From Candidatus Amesbacteria bacterium (GTDB lineage: Bacteria; Patescibacteriota; Microgenomatia; CAZETR01; Amesbacteraceae): 64,000 nt of DNA. Under the pieces are notes generated by a model. That model was not told where the DNA came from. It made no database searches and was given only the letters and a program-made list of their open reading frames with translations. This document shows, in pieces, positions 28,465 to 38,417 of the stretch (within the stretch, counting starts at the first letter, position 1; each line of letters starts with the position of its first letter). The DNA is taken from positions 334,663-398,662 of the forward strand of contig CAVTQH010000002.1 in assembly GCA_963736875.1 (NCBI GenBank), written 5' to 3'. The translations under genes and the position numbers were made by a program.

Positions 28465-29484
28465 CGGATTTGGTCAAACAAATTGCCCCCGGGATATTTT
28501 CTGAAATAAAACAGGCTAAAAACATTCTATTGCATTGCCACCCCAGTCCTGACCCGGACAGTTACGGTTCAGTTCTGGCCATGTACCATTACCTTTCAGG
28601 TATTGGAAAAAAAGTTACTGTGATTGCCGGTGATTCGGATATTCCGCGAATGGCAAAATGCCTGCCCGGAATAGAGAAGATAATTCCTAAAAATTATTTC
28701 GAAATAAATCCCGGGGATTTTGATCTGTTTCTTATTCTGGACTCATCCAGTCTCAGCCAGATATCCAATCTCAAAGAAATCAAATTCCCGCCGAAATTAA
28801 GGACTGTGGTAATCGATCACCATTCTACAAATGATATTTTTTCTGATATCAATTTGGTTGATGCTTCTTACCCTGCCACAGGTCAAATAATTTTCGATCT
28901 TTTTAGGCTTTGGGGTGTAAACATCACCGGGGGTATAGCTATTTGTCTTTTACTGGCAATATATACCGATACCGGCGGACTGAAGTTCGAAAAAACCGCA
29001 TCCGGACACATTTTTAGCAGTTGCAGAACTGGTAAAAATCACTCCCGATTATTGGAAATATATTTTTGAATTTGAAAACCAAAATGATCCCGAAAATATC
29101 TATTATGAAGCTCTTGCTCTTTCCTCAATTAAACTGTTTTTCAACCACAGGGTGGCAATTGCAGTCATTCCTTACAAAGAGTTGCACAAGCGGGGTATCA
29201 GAAAAGTCCATACCGAAAAAACCAAAATTGCCAACCGGCTCAAATCAGTAACCGGATGGGAAATCGGGATTTGTTTTGTGGAAAGAGAAGCAGGAGTGAC
29301 TTTTGCCAGTTTCAGAACCAGAGATTCCTCCAGGTTTGATGTAGCCAAAATTGCCAAAGCCACCGGCTCCGGAGGAGGTCATGCGGGAGCCGCGGGAGCC
29401 ACCTATAAAATACCGTTTACCCGGGCTTTGACGTCTTTGTTGACCACAATCCGTGAAGTATACCCGGAATTGGGCAATCCGTAG
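28461..29484 (+). pseudogene. DHH/DHHA1 phosphoesterase (NrnA-like nanoRNase/pAp phosphatase), frame-shifted
   Basis: The DHH domain (HCHPSPDPDSYGS, DHH) lies in the ORF 28461..29069. The DHHA1 domain (GGGH..AAG) lies in ORF 29152..29484 in another frame. The linker reads through in the second frame from about 29020. The shift lies next to T5/A6 runs. Confidence 0.6.
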
Positions 29485-29489
29485 ACGGA

Positions 29490-29855
29490 TTGGGTATACT
29501 AAATCTAGTGCTGGGATTATTAGTCAAAATAGTATTTCTCGCGGCTGCTGCCGGAGCTTTGGGGGTCGGATATACAAAACTCAGAGGGGGACAGGGAATT
29601 AACTTAAGCGTGGATTCGGTTCTGTCCTCGGTGAAATCCGCAGACATCAGTAGTTTAAGCGGAAAATTAAGCCAGGGCTTGGATGCGCTGGTTACCCACC
29701 CCGGCCGTTCTCCGGTGGTTATGGGTATCGAGATCACCGGTGATAGTCTGAAAACCATTGCTGATACCCTTTCAGGTCTTCCTCCTGACCAGCTGGAACA
29801 AATTAAACAGTATATTTGCCAGCCGGCTACGGAATCTCAAAAGCTAAGAGAGTAA
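29490..29855 (+). CDS. hypothetical protein (N-terminal TM)
   Basis: 121-aa ORF with an N-terminal hydrophobic helix. Confidence 0.4.
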   Translation: MGILNLVLGLLVKIVFLAAAAGALGVGYTKLRGGQGINLSVDSVLSSVKSADISSLSGKLSQGLDALVTHPGRSPVVMGIEITGDSLKTIADTLSGLPPDQLEQIKQYICQPATESQKLRE

Positions 29856-29876
29856 ATACAGGTATAATTGGTACGT

Positions 29877-30953
29877 ATGTCTGATACTAAACAACAGTTG
29901 GTTGACCTTAAACTTCGACTTTCTCAAATCCGGACGAAAATCAATCCCGATCTGCTTGACAGAAAAATCAGGGAGCTGGAGGCTGAGAGCACCCACCCGG
30001 AGTTCTGGTCAGATCCCCAATCAGCCCAATCCGTCATGAAGCGATTGTCCGGTCTCCGGGAAGATAAAAACCAAATTGAAAGTTTGGCCAAAGAGCTGGA
30101 AGAAGCCGGCGGGTTGTCTGACCTGATGGGAGAATCCAAAGAACTGACCATGCACGTCAACAAACTTTCCAAAGTGATCGATAAACTTGAGTTGGGAACT
30201 TTTTTAAACAAACCGTATGACGGCAAGAACGCCATTTTATCAATTCATGCCGGACAGGGCGGGGTCGAAGCCATGGATTGGGTGTCAATGCTGTTACGGA
30301 TGTATATCAAATATTGTGACAGCAGGGGTTGGTCGGTCGAGATCGTTGATGAAATGCCCGGGGAGGAAGCCGGACTCAAATCCGCAACTCTCACCGTCAC
30401 CGGACCTTATGCCTACGGATATTTGATCGGGGAAAAAGGTACCCACCGGCTGGTTCGCAAATCCCCTTTTAACGCCGACAACCTCCGCCAGACATCATTT
30501 GCCCTGGTGGAAGTATTACCTGAATTAGAGGAATTGGATGATCAGATTGATATCAAACCCGATGATATTGAATTTGAGGCTTTTCGGGCGACCGGTCACG
30601 GAGGCCAGAATGTCAATAAAGTTTCAACCGCGGTCCGTTTAACCCACAAACCGACCGGAATTTCCGTAGCCTGCCAGACCCAGCGCTTTCAGGAACAAAA
30701 TCGCAAAATTGCCCTCACATTATTAAAAGCCAAACTATGGCAGCTTCAGCAGGAAACCCGCCAATCGGAGGAGAAAAAACTTAAGGGTAGTTACAAAGCC
30801 GCTTCCTGGGGTAATCAGATCCGTTCATACGTTCTTCATCCGTACAGGTTGGTTAAGGATTTGCGGACCGGTATGGAGACCTCTCAGGCCGAGGCTGTTT
30901 TGGACGGTAATCTGGACCTGTTCATCGAGGCCGAAGTCCGTATGCTATACTGA
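29877..30953 (+). CDS. prfB: peptide chain release factor 2
   Basis: SPF tripeptide (RKSPFNA) and GGQ ([12 protein letters not shown]). Single uninterrupted frame. Start taken at ATG 29877. Confidence 0.9.
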   Translation: MSDTKQQLVDLKLRLSQIRTKINPDLLDRKIRELEAESTHPEFWSDPQSAQSVMKRLSGLREDKNQIESLAKELEEAGGLSDLMGESKELTMHVNKLSKVIDKLELGTFLNKPYDGKNAILSIHAGQGGVEAMDWVSMLLRMYIKYCDSRGWSVEIVDEMPGEEAGLKSATLTVTGPYAYGYLIGEKGTHRLVRKSPFNADNLRQTSFALVEVLPELEELDDQIDIKPDDIEFEAFRATGHGGQNVNKVSTAVRLTHKPTGISVACQTQRFQEQNRKIALTLLKAKLWQLQQETRQSEEKKLKGSYKAASWGNQIRSYVLHPYRLVKDLRTGMETSQAEAVLDGNLDLFIEAEVRMLY

Positions 30954-30958
30954 AACTT

Positions 30959-31426
30959 ATGGAAGAAAAACCATTAGTCACCCCGATAAATCCCCAAACT
31001 CTGACACCGCAAAAGCCTTCAGTGGCAACTCCAAATGTTCATTCTAAAACACCAATGCTGTTATTTATTGCGTTAATTTTAGCGGGCATTGTCACGGGAT
31101 ATTTTCTCTCCCAAAAAACCGGCAGTTCTTCCGGTACCACTGCCTCCGGTAAGGATATTGTCAATACCAAGACCGAAATTGGATCCACAGACACTGTCAC
31201 CTTTCGGGATACCGCCCAGGGGACATTGGAAGCCGGAGGGTTAAACGGCGAAGGGACTCACAAGTTAATCCGTGACGGCGGCCCGAGCAAGACTGTTTAT
31301 CTTGTTTCCTCCATTATCGATCTGGATGCTTATGTGGGTAAAAAGATCGAGGTGTGGGGTGAGACTCTCAGAGCCCAGAAAGTTGGCTGGCTTATGGACG
31401 TCGGGCGCCTGAAAATACTAGAATAG
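30959..31426 (+). CDS. hypothetical membrane-anchored protein
   Basis: One TM helix followed by a Ser/Thr-rich segment. Confidence 0.4.
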   Translation: MEEKPLVTPINPQTLTPQKPSVATPNVHSKTPMLLFIALILAGIVTGYFLSQKTGSSSGTTASGKDIVNTKTEIGSTDTVTFRDTAQGTLEAGGLNGEGTHKLIRDGGPSKTVYLVSSIIDLDAYVGKKIEVWGETLRAQKVGWLMDVGRLKILE

Positions 31427-31433
31427 ACCTGTC

Positions 31434-32111
31434 ATGGTTGTAGCAGAGGATCTTACAAAAAAATTCGGCAGTCTGGTTGCCCTGGACAAGGTTAATGTGA
31501 CCATTGATACCGGTGAATTTGTATTTTTAACCGGGCCTTCCGGTTCGGGTAAAACCACGTTTTTAAGATTAATCATCAGGGATTTGAAACCGGATGAAGG
31601 AAAACTTCGGGTAAATGATCAGGATTTAAACGGACTTCCCTCCAAGAAACTGCCTCTTTTCAGACGGAACATCGGTATGGTTTATCAGGATTTCAAGCTT
31701 TTAAATGACTTAAGCGTCAGGGAAAATGTGGCTTTACCGCTGGAAGTCCGGGGAGTCCGCAGTCCGGACATTATATCGGCGGTAAATATTGCCCTGGAAA
31801 TGGTGGGATTGGATAAAAAAGACACGCTTTTCCCGGCTCAGCTTTCGGGGGGGGAACTTCAGCGGGTGGGTTTGGCCCGGGCGATTGTGGGAAAACCCAA
31901 ACTATTGCTGGCTGACGAACCCACCGGAAACTTGGATCCGAAGACAGCTAAAGCAATAGTCAAACTCATGAAAGAGATTCATACTCATTTACATACCACG
32001 GTAATTATTGCGACCCACAATAGCGAGATTGTTAATCTTTACAATCTCCGGGTAATCGCCCTGGAAAATGGCCGGCTGGTAAAAGATTTATCCGAAGGAA
32101 AATATGACTAA
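31434..32111 (+). CDS. ftsE: cell-division ABC ATPase FtsE
   Basis: GPSGSGKTT, LSGGELQRVGLARA. 225 aa. Followed by ftsX with an overlap. Confidence 0.9.
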   Translation: MVVAEDLTKKFGSLVALDKVNVTIDTGEFVFLTGPSGSGKTTFLRLIIRDLKPDEGKLRVNDQDLNGLPSKKLPLFRRNIGMVYQDFKLLNDLSVRENVALPLEVRGVRSPDIISAVNIALEMVGLDKKDTLFPAQLSGGELQRVGLARAIVGKPKLLLADEPTGNLDPKTAKAIVKLMKEIHTHLHTTVIIATHNSEIVNLYNLRVIALENGRLVKDLSEGKYD

Positions 32112-32982
32112 AGCAATAAATACTGCCTGGCAAAGAATCCGCCGGGCTCCTTATCAGACTTTGGCTGCCGTATCCATTATGACCATGACGCTTTTTTTAG
32201 CCAGCGTTTTCTTTTTAATTGCCGCCGGATCCCAGGCAGTCCTGAAATATTTCGAAACCCGGCCTCAGGTCAATGCCTTCTATCGGCCGGATTATATTCC
32301 CAAAAGCGAGCAAATTGAAGCAATCAAAACCGAGCTGGAGAGTACCGGACTGGTGGAATCGTTTAAATATATATCCAAGGAAGATGCCCTGAAGTTATAT
32401 CAGGATTTAAATAAGTCGGACCCGTTGCTTTTGGAAGCTGTAACAGCCCAAATGCTCCCGGCTTCTTTGGAAATATCGGCTAAAAGTCCCTCAGACCTCA
32501 AAGTCATCAGCCAGGCGGTCCAGCGGATTGAAGGGGTGGACGATGTGCGTTTTGCTGAGGATATCGTCAGCTCCCTGACCCAATGGACCAACTCGGTCAG
32601 AATCATCGGGGGTTCGTTAATCGGTGCTCACATCCTGATTACATTGATCATTATCCTTTTGATAATCGGGATAAAGGTTGCCAACCGGCGGGATGAAATT
32701 CAGATCCTGCAGCTGGTGGGAGCGGCTCCGGGTTTCATCTCCTTCCCCTTTATCTGGGAGGGGATTATATATGGATTGTTCGGGGCGGTTATTGCCTGGG
32801 TCGTTTCCTATCTTCTGCTTCTGTCCTCCATGAACTTTTTAAACACCTTCTTATCCGGTATTCCGATACTGCCGGTTTCAGTCTGGTTTATGCTCAAGCT
32901 TTTAGGGGCCGAGCTGGGTATCGGAGCATTGGTCGGAGGTTTGGGAGGGGTAATCGCCTCCCGGCGTTTTCTCAAAGCATGA
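32104..32982 (+). CDS. ftsX: cell-division permease-like protein FtsX
   Basis: TM1, a large extracytoplasmic loop, and 3 C-terminal TM helices. Overlaps ftsE. Confidence 0.85.
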   Translation: MTKAINTAWQRIRRAPYQTLAAVSIMTMTLFLASVFFLIAAGSQAVLKYFETRPQVNAFYRPDYIPKSEQIEAIKTELESTGLVESFKYISKEDALKLYQDLNKSDPLLLEAVTAQMLPASLEISAKSPSDLKVISQAVQRIEGVDDVRFAEDIVSSLTQWTNSVRIIGGSLIGAHILITLIIILLIIGIKVANRRDEIQILQLVGAAPGFISFPFIWEGIIYGLFGAVIAWVVSYLLLLSSMNFLNTFLSGIPILPVSVWFMLKLLGAELGIGALVGGLGGVIASRRFLKA

Positions 32983-34055
32983 GCAGGCGGGTAATTATAT
33001 TTATTCTTCTTCTGGGATTTATCACCCCCGTTTTTTTGGCAAAAGCATCAACTTTGGAGGATAAACAAAAACAAATCGAAGAATTGGAAAAAAAAGTGTC
33101 TGATTTAAAGAACCAGGCCAATACTTTAGCCGGTCAGATCTTATACTACGATAATCAAATATCACTAAACCAGCTGAAAATTTCCCAAACTGAGGACTTA
33201 ATATCTTCAATATCAGGCAAAATTGATCTTCTGGAAAGAAAATTGCAGTCCCGGGCAATTCTTTTGGAAAAGCAAATTGTGGTCACTTATAAACAGGGCA
33301 AGCTTGATCCTCTGCAGCTGGTATTCTCTTCCGATGATTTTTCACAGATAATTTCACGGATCAAATATGCCCAGCTGGTTCAGAGTAACAGCCGCCGTCT
33401 ACTGTATGACGCCCAGGTGCTTCAGACAAATTATTCCCAGCAAAAGGATCTGATCGAGGAGTCAAAAAAAAAGTTGCAGGTTCAAAAAACCACTCTCTCA
33501 AACATCAGGGAGGAGAAGGACAACCTGCTCGTTCAAACCAAAAACAGTGAATCGATTTACAAAAAGCAGCTGGAGCAAGCCCAGTTGGAACTGGCGGCTA
33601 TTCAAAATGCCCTGGCCTCGGCTGTCAGGGAAGGTCCGGTAAAAAAGGGTGATGTGATAGCTCTGGTGGGTAATACAGGATATCCCGACTGTTCCACGGG
33701 CAAACATCTGCATTTCGAAGTCCAAAAAAATGATACCTGGGTTAATGCTGAAACGTATTTAAGAAATATTACCGATAAATGGGGATTAAACATTGGTTCC
33801 GGCAGCTGGGACTGGCCGATTGGCGGAGACATTCAAATTACCCAGCGTTATGGTAAAACCCCTTATTCTTATCGCTACGTCTATAGCGGCGGAATTCATA
33901 CCGGGATTGACATGATCAGCGACAATGACGTTATCAGAGCTACAGCCGACGGGACTTTGTACTCTTCCCTCCAAAAATGCGGCAACTCACCGCTTAAAAT
34001 CAAATACATTGACCACGGCAACGGTCTGAAAACCTTCTTTCTCCACGTCCAATAA
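32979..34055 (+). CDS. M23 peptidase with long coiled coil (EnvC/PcsB-like FtsEX partner)
   Basis: N-terminal signal, about 200 aa of coiled coil, then a C-terminal LytM/M23 domain (HLHFEV, HTGIDM). ATGA overlap with ftsX. Confidence 0.85.
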   Translation: MSRRVIIFILLLGFITPVFLAKASTLEDKQKQIEELEKKVSDLKNQANTLAGQILYYDNQISLNQLKISQTEDLISSISGKIDLLERKLQSRAILLEKQIVVTYKQGKLDPLQLVFSSDDFSQIISRIKYAQLVQSNSRRLLYDAQVLQTNYSQQKDLIEESKKKLQVQKTTLSNIREEKDNLLVQTKNSESIYKKQLEQAQLELAAIQNALASAVREGPVKKGDVIALVGNTGYPDCSTGKHLHFEVQKNDTWVNAETYLRNITDKWGLNIGSGSWDWPIGGDIQITQRYGKTPYSYRYVYSGGIHTGIDMISDNDVIRATADGTLYSSLQKCGNSPLKIKYIDHGNGLKTFFLHVQ

Positions 34056-34072
34056 TCTGTTATATTATTTTT

Positions 34073-34813
34073 ATGCTCAAATCTGCCCATTGGGTAGGTC
34101 TGTTGTTTGTTTTATTCTCGATTTTTCCTGCCCCGGCTTCAGCTCTTACACTGACTTTTTCATCTCCCCCCGATCCGGTCATTGCAGATGAAGAAATTCT
34201 TCTCACTGTTTCATTAACGTGTTCCGGTTGCGGGCAATCTTACCTTCGCGGTGTATTTTTTCCTTCAGGCAGTAATTATTTCGGCTTAACCCAAAATAAT
34301 TCGAATGATTGGATAGGGACTGCTTCGGATAAAACTCTTTACTTTCATATTGCCCCCGAAGAAATTATCAGCAGTTCCTGGAGCGGACAAATTAAATTCA
34401 AGGCCAATTCGGACTCCTCTTTTTTTACGGGACCAGGCCAGTATTTTTTCAAAATCGGGCGCTACACCTCGGCCAGCAGTAGTGCTACCTGGTCCGACCA
34501 GGTAGCGGTTAATTTGGCTTACCCGACTCCCACTCCCGAACCTACAATCAAACCGACTCCGGAACCTACCCCCGAACCTACACCGACCCCTATCCCCGAG
34601 CCAACTCCCACTTCCGAACCCCCTTCAACTCCCACCCCTCCTTCCACTCCTCCACCTGAGCCGTCAATAACCCCTCTGCCCACCTGCACTCCCATGCCTG
34701 CCCCAAAGCTTTTTCCCTTACGTTTTTCAAAATTTATTAACTTCTTCAACAGGTCTGGGTACCAACACTTACTGTCACGTATTTCCCTGATTTTTTCATC
34801 ACTGCGCCCCTAG
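34073..34813 (+). CDS. secreted protein, paralog A (CSGC domain + PT-rich linker)
   Basis: Signal peptide. Domain LTVSLTCSGCGQSYLRGVFFPSGSNYFG...SWSGQ...TGPGQYFFKIGRYT shared with the next gene. (PTPE)n linker. Confidence 0.5.
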   Translation: MLKSAHWVGLLFVLFSIFPAPASALTLTFSSPPDPVIADEEILLTVSLTCSGCGQSYLRGVFFPSGSNYFGLTQNNSNDWIGTASDKTLYFHIAPEEIISSSWSGQIKFKANSDSSFFTGPGQYFFKIGRYTSASSSATWSDQVAVNLAYPTPTPEPTIKPTPEPTPEPTPTPIPEPTPTSEPPSTPTPPSTPPPEPSITPLPTCTPMPAPKLFPLRFSKFINFFNRSGYQHLLSRISLIFSSLRP

Positions 34814-34814
34814 C

Positions 34815-35570
34815 ATGAGATGGAAGCTGATACCTGCTTCGGCTTTAGCTATGGTGATATCCTTAAACGGCTTTCCGCTTTCGGTTAATTTTGACCAGGA
34901 AATTCCCGTTACGGTTTCCCTTTCCTGTTCCGGATGCAGTGATTCCTATTTACGGGTGGTCTTTTTCCCAACAGGCACTAATTATTTTGGTTTTACCAAA
35001 AATAATACCGGAAATTGGATTTCCACCACCGCCGACAAAACCCAATACTTTCGTGTTTCTGCTGACGAAACCAAAGCCGGTACCTGGAGCGGAACTCTGA
35101 ATTCAAAATTGGATTCGGAGGACTCGGCTTATTCCGGTCCCGGGAGTTACTTTTTAAAAGTTATCCGGTATACCGCCGGAGGCAGTAAGTCCGGAGAAAC
35201 AGAAACAGTGGAAATCAGTGTCACCGGACCGTCTCCAACTTTGACACCGGTTCCTACCCCGCTTCCTACGCCCACCCCGACCTATAAAAAAGCCGTATTT
35301 ACCCCCACGGCTACCATTTATAATACCAAGACACCTGAACGCGCAGGGGAGACAATAAATACTCCGATTCCGTCAATTTTCACACCTTCATTCACACCCT
35401 TACCCACCATCGATAACGAGCCTCATCAGGTCCTCTCATCATCCGATTCGTCTGATGTATCAGATCCGGGTTCATCATGGATGGGTAAGTCATTGGTTAT
35501 CGCCGGTTTGGGTGTTTTCTTATGTTCTTTCCTTTATCTTCTAAAATCAGGTAAAATTTCCTTTCCATGA
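34815..35570 (+). CDS. secreted protein, paralog B (CSGC domain + PT linker + C-terminal TM)
   Basis: Same domain as 34073..34813 (VTVSLSCSGCSDSYLRVVFFPTGTNYFG...). C-terminal hydrophobic anchor plus a basic tail. Confidence 0.5.
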   Translation: MRWKLIPASALAMVISLNGFPLSVNFDQEIPVTVSLSCSGCSDSYLRVVFFPTGTNYFGFTKNNTGNWISTTADKTQYFRVSADETKAGTWSGTLNSKLDSEDSAYSGPGSYFLKVIRYTAGGSKSGETETVEISVTGPSPTLTPVPTPLPTPTPTYKKAVFTPTATIYNTKTPERAGETINTPIPSIFTPSFTPLPTIDNEPHQVLSSSDSSDVSDPGSSWMGKSLVIAGLGVFLCSFLYLLKSGKISFP

Positions 35571-35944
35571 TTAATAATCGGTTTCCCAAATGGGTATATT
35601 GGACCCCGACAATTATCTGGATGCTGGTAATTTTCGGTTTTTCCGCCCGTCCTGTTTTCCATGCCTCTGTTATTGATTGGCAGGACTTTTTTATCAAAAA
35701 AACAGCTCACTTTGTTGAATATTTCACTCTGGCACTACTGATGTATTTTTCATTCAGGCAGACAACCTCACTTACCCGCTCATTCTGCTTACTATATACC
35801 ATTATTATTACCATCATGTATGCTGTAACCGATGAATTTCACCAGACTTTTGTGCCTGGCAGGGAAGGCCGGATGAGAGACATATTAATAGACAGCAGTG
35901 GTGTTTTTATGTTTGTTCTGCTTCAGCGTTTCAAACCCTCTTGA
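35567..35944 (+). CDS. VanZ-family membrane protein
   Basis: DEFHQTFVPGR motif typical of VanZ-like proteins. 4 TM helices. Confidence 0.7.
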   Translation: MINNRFPKWVYWTPTIIWMLVIFGFSARPVFHASVIDWQDFFIKKTAHFVEYFTLALLMYFSFRQTTSLTRSFCLLYTIIITIMYAVTDEFHQTFVPGREGRMRDILIDSSGVFMFVLLQRFKPS

Positions 35945-36000
35945 CAAGAATAATTATAGGTCTATAATGCACTTACTCCTGCTCTTCCGGCCCGCAGAAT

Positions 36001-36657
36001 ATGAAGAATTTTCGCAAGAATATTATACTGACCGCTATTCTGTTGTTCCTTATAGCGATTAATGTCTCAGTGGCTTTTGCCTGTGAGCCTACACCCACAC
36101 CTAAACCTCCCTGTCCGACCGAAACTCCCTCTCCTACACCCACCACCACTCCGGAACCTACTCCTACTGTTACACCGCCTCCGGAAACCACACCCTTTCC
36201 ACAGCCCTGTAATGGCTGCGGCGGATGGCCGTCTGCTCCTACCTGCGGTGCTACCAAACCCAGTACCCCCCAGCTTATCTCTGCTGTCCGTCATGGTACA
36301 ACCGCTGTTTTAACCTGGACCGCTTCCGCTCCCGTCACCCACTATTCCATTTCATACGGTGTTAAACCGGGTGAATATATCTACGGTGCTGCAAATGTCG
36401 GCAATGTGACTACGTATACAGTAGGCAGCCTGGATCCGGGTACCCAATATTATTTCTCGGTTCGCGGTGTCAATGACTGTATGCCCTCAGATCCTTCCAC
36501 TTCCGGCCAGGTTCTGGGACTTGCTGTCGGCGGTGCCCAGGTTAAAGGTTTGGCCTCTACCGGGAATTTACCTCTGATATACTCACTGGTCTTTACCGGC
36601 TGTTCATTTTTAACTCTTTCCCTTTCTTCCAGCCGTCTCAAAAACTATCTTTCCTAA
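36001..36657 (+). CDS. secreted FN3-domain protein with C-terminal LASTG sorting signal
   Basis: Signal peptide, PT-rich linker, CNGCGGW Cys cluster, FN3-like domain. The C-terminus is LASTG + hydrophobic stretch + RLK tail. Confidence 0.7.
   Translation: MKNFRKNIILTAILLFLIAINVSVAFACEPTPTPKPPCPTETPSPTPTTTPEPTPTVTPPPETTPFPQPCNGCGGWPSAPTCGATKPSTPQLISAVRHGTTAVLTWTASAPVTHYSISYGVKPGEYIYGAANVGNVTTYTVGSLDPGTQYYFSVRGVNDCMPSDPSTSGQVLGLAVGGAQVKGLASTGNLPLIYSLVFTGCSFLTLSLSSSRLKNYLS
36195..36545 (+). repeat. inter-gene near-identical segment (copy 1) shared with 37313..37675
   Basis: accgctgttttaacctggaccgcttccgctcccgtcacccactattcc occurs at 36301 and again at 37431. About 93-100% identical over about 350 bp. 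Confidence 0.8.
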
Positions 36658-36658
36658 T

Positions 36659-37777
36659 ATGAAGTCTTTTCGTAAAAATCTCATCCTGACAACTGTTCTG
36701 TCATTTCTCGTCGCTGTAAATTTTTCGGTAGTTTTCGCCTCCGATGATAAAAAAGTAGATCTTTGTCATTGTGAGAGAGCTGTCCAGGGGGATGTATTTC
36801 AATGCCAGACTTTGAATATCAATGAAAATGCATTAAGCGCACACATAGGAATCCACCAGAGTGATTATCTGGGACCATGTAATATTCCACTTCCCACACC
36901 CGATCCTACCCACAGTCCCTGTCCGACTCCCACTCCCATCACCACCCCCGAACCTACCCCTACCAGCTGCCCTGAACCCACCCCACAAGCCCCGTCTTTC
37001 CCGGTTTGTGAGAATCAGACTGAAAACGGAGATGTTCACTATGCCACCGGGTCACATGAAATCGCCGGTGATGAAATAGGACGACTGGAAGGCAGGGACG
37101 ATGTATATAACTTAGGCGGCTGGTATTACACCCAATGTTTCTGTTCCCCCGAAGGACGGGGAATCCAGACCAACTGGACTCCGGTGAGTGAAGGATCCGA
37201 GTGGGGACCTGATTGGGGTCTGAACAGAACTCACTACAATTACCAGAATAGGGAATATAACTGCGGCAACCCCACTCCCACTCCCACGGTTTCCCCGGAG
37301 CCTACCCCCACCGGATTTCCTCAGCCCTGTAATGGCTGCGGCGGATGGCCTTCAGCTCCTTCCTGCGGTGCCACCAAACCCAGTTGCCCCGTACTTTTAT
37401 CCGAAGTCCGCCATGGTACAACCGCTGTTTTAACCTGGACCGCTTCCGCTCCCGTCACCCACTATTCCGTTTCATACGGTGTTAAACCGGGTGAATATAT
37501 TTACGGCGCTGCCAACGTCGGCAATGTGACTACCTATACCGTAGGCAGCCTGGATCCTGGTACCAAGTATTATTTTGAAGTTCGGGGCGTCAATGACTGT
37601 ATGCCCTCCGATCCTTCCACTTCCTGCCAGGTTTTGGGATTGGCTATTGGCGGCGGTGAAGTCAAAGGTTTGGCTTTCACCGGGAATTCGTCCCTGATAT
37701 ACTTACTGATGTTTACCGGCTGTGCATTCCTTACCTTATCCCTGGCTTCGAACCGTTTTAAAGGCAATATTGCCTAA
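36659..37777 (+). CDS. secreted FN3-domain protein with C-terminal LAFTG sorting signal (paralog)
   Basis: Same architecture with an extra N-terminal Cys-rich domain. The C-terminus is LAFTG + hydrophobic stretch + NRFK tail. Confidence 0.7.
   Translation: MKSFRKNLILTTVLSFLVAVNFSVVFASDDKKVDLCHCERAVQGDVFQCQTLNINENALSAHIGIHQSDYLGPCNIPLPTPDPTHSPCPTPTPITTPEPTPTSCPEPTPQAPSFPVCENQTENGDVHYATGSHEIAGDEIGRLEGRDDVYNLGGWYYTQCFCSPEGRGIQTNWTPVSEGSEWGPDWGLNRTHYNYQNREYNCGNPTPTPTVSPEPTPTGFPQPCNGCGGWPSAPSCGATKPSCPVLLSEVRHGTTAVLTWTASAPVTHYSVSYGVKPGEYIYGAANVGNVTTYTVGSLDPGTKYYFEVRGVNDCMPSDPSTSCQVLGLAIGGGEVKGLAFTGNSSLIYLLMFTGCAFLTLSLASNRFKGNIA
37313..37675 (+). repeat. inter-gene near-identical segment (copy 2)
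   Basis: See copy 1. Encodes the shared FN3 module. Confidence 0.8.
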
Positions 37778-38315
37778 GCTTCCCCGGATATTTCTTATTC
37801 TTTCCGCTGTATGTTTTGTCGTGGCAGGTTACCTTGTCTGGCAGCGGTATTTCAACCCTTTTCCCCTGGATTTCTCATCTGCCCCTCCTCCCGCTGTTTC
37901 AAAAATCACTTTTTTACCCACCCGGATACAAATCCCCGATCTGCAGGTTGATCTGCCGGTAATCCCGGCGCAGATAGTCAACGGTCATTGGCAAACCACC
38001 CCCACGGGCGTATCCTATCTGACCACTTCCGCCCGTCCGGGACAGCCGGGTAACAGCATCTTCTACGGTCACAACTGGCCCCGGCTTTTAGGCGGACTAA
38101 AAAAGATTAAACCCGGCGCTGTTTTAATTGTTAATACTTCAGCCGATCATTTCCCGGTGGTTTTCCGGGTTTCCCAGGTAAAAACGGTTTCTCCTACCGA
38201 TATCAGTATTCTTGCTTCCACCATCCGTCCCCAACTGACTCTTTACACCTGCACCGGCTTCTCGGATTCACTGCGTCTGGTGGTTATTGCCTACCCGCAG
38301 GTGGCGGCAAAATAA
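37770..38315 (+). CDS. sortase (class E-like, LAxTG-type)
   Basis: N-terminal TM anchor. Conserved His in YGHNW. Catalytic TLxTC motif LTLYTCTG. C-terminal Arg. Sits directly downstream of two LAxTG proteins. Start set at the TTG at 37770. Confidence 0.75.
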   Translation: MPKLPRIFLILSAVCFVVAGYLVWQRYFNPFPLDFSSAPPPAVSKITFLPTRIQIPDLQVDLPVIPAQIVNGHWQTTPTGVSYLTTSARPGQPGNSIFYGHNWPRLLGGLKKIKPGAVLIVNTSADHFPVVFRVSQVKTVSPTDISILASTIRPQLTLYTCTGFSDSLRLVVIAYPQVAAK

Positions 38316-38417
38316 TCAATCGGCCAGCGGACCCATCCCAGATAGTTCATAATCATTAATGCCGAGAACACGCCCGTACCCGCCGTCAGCGCCATAAATC
38401 CCCAGTTAAAAGTCTCC

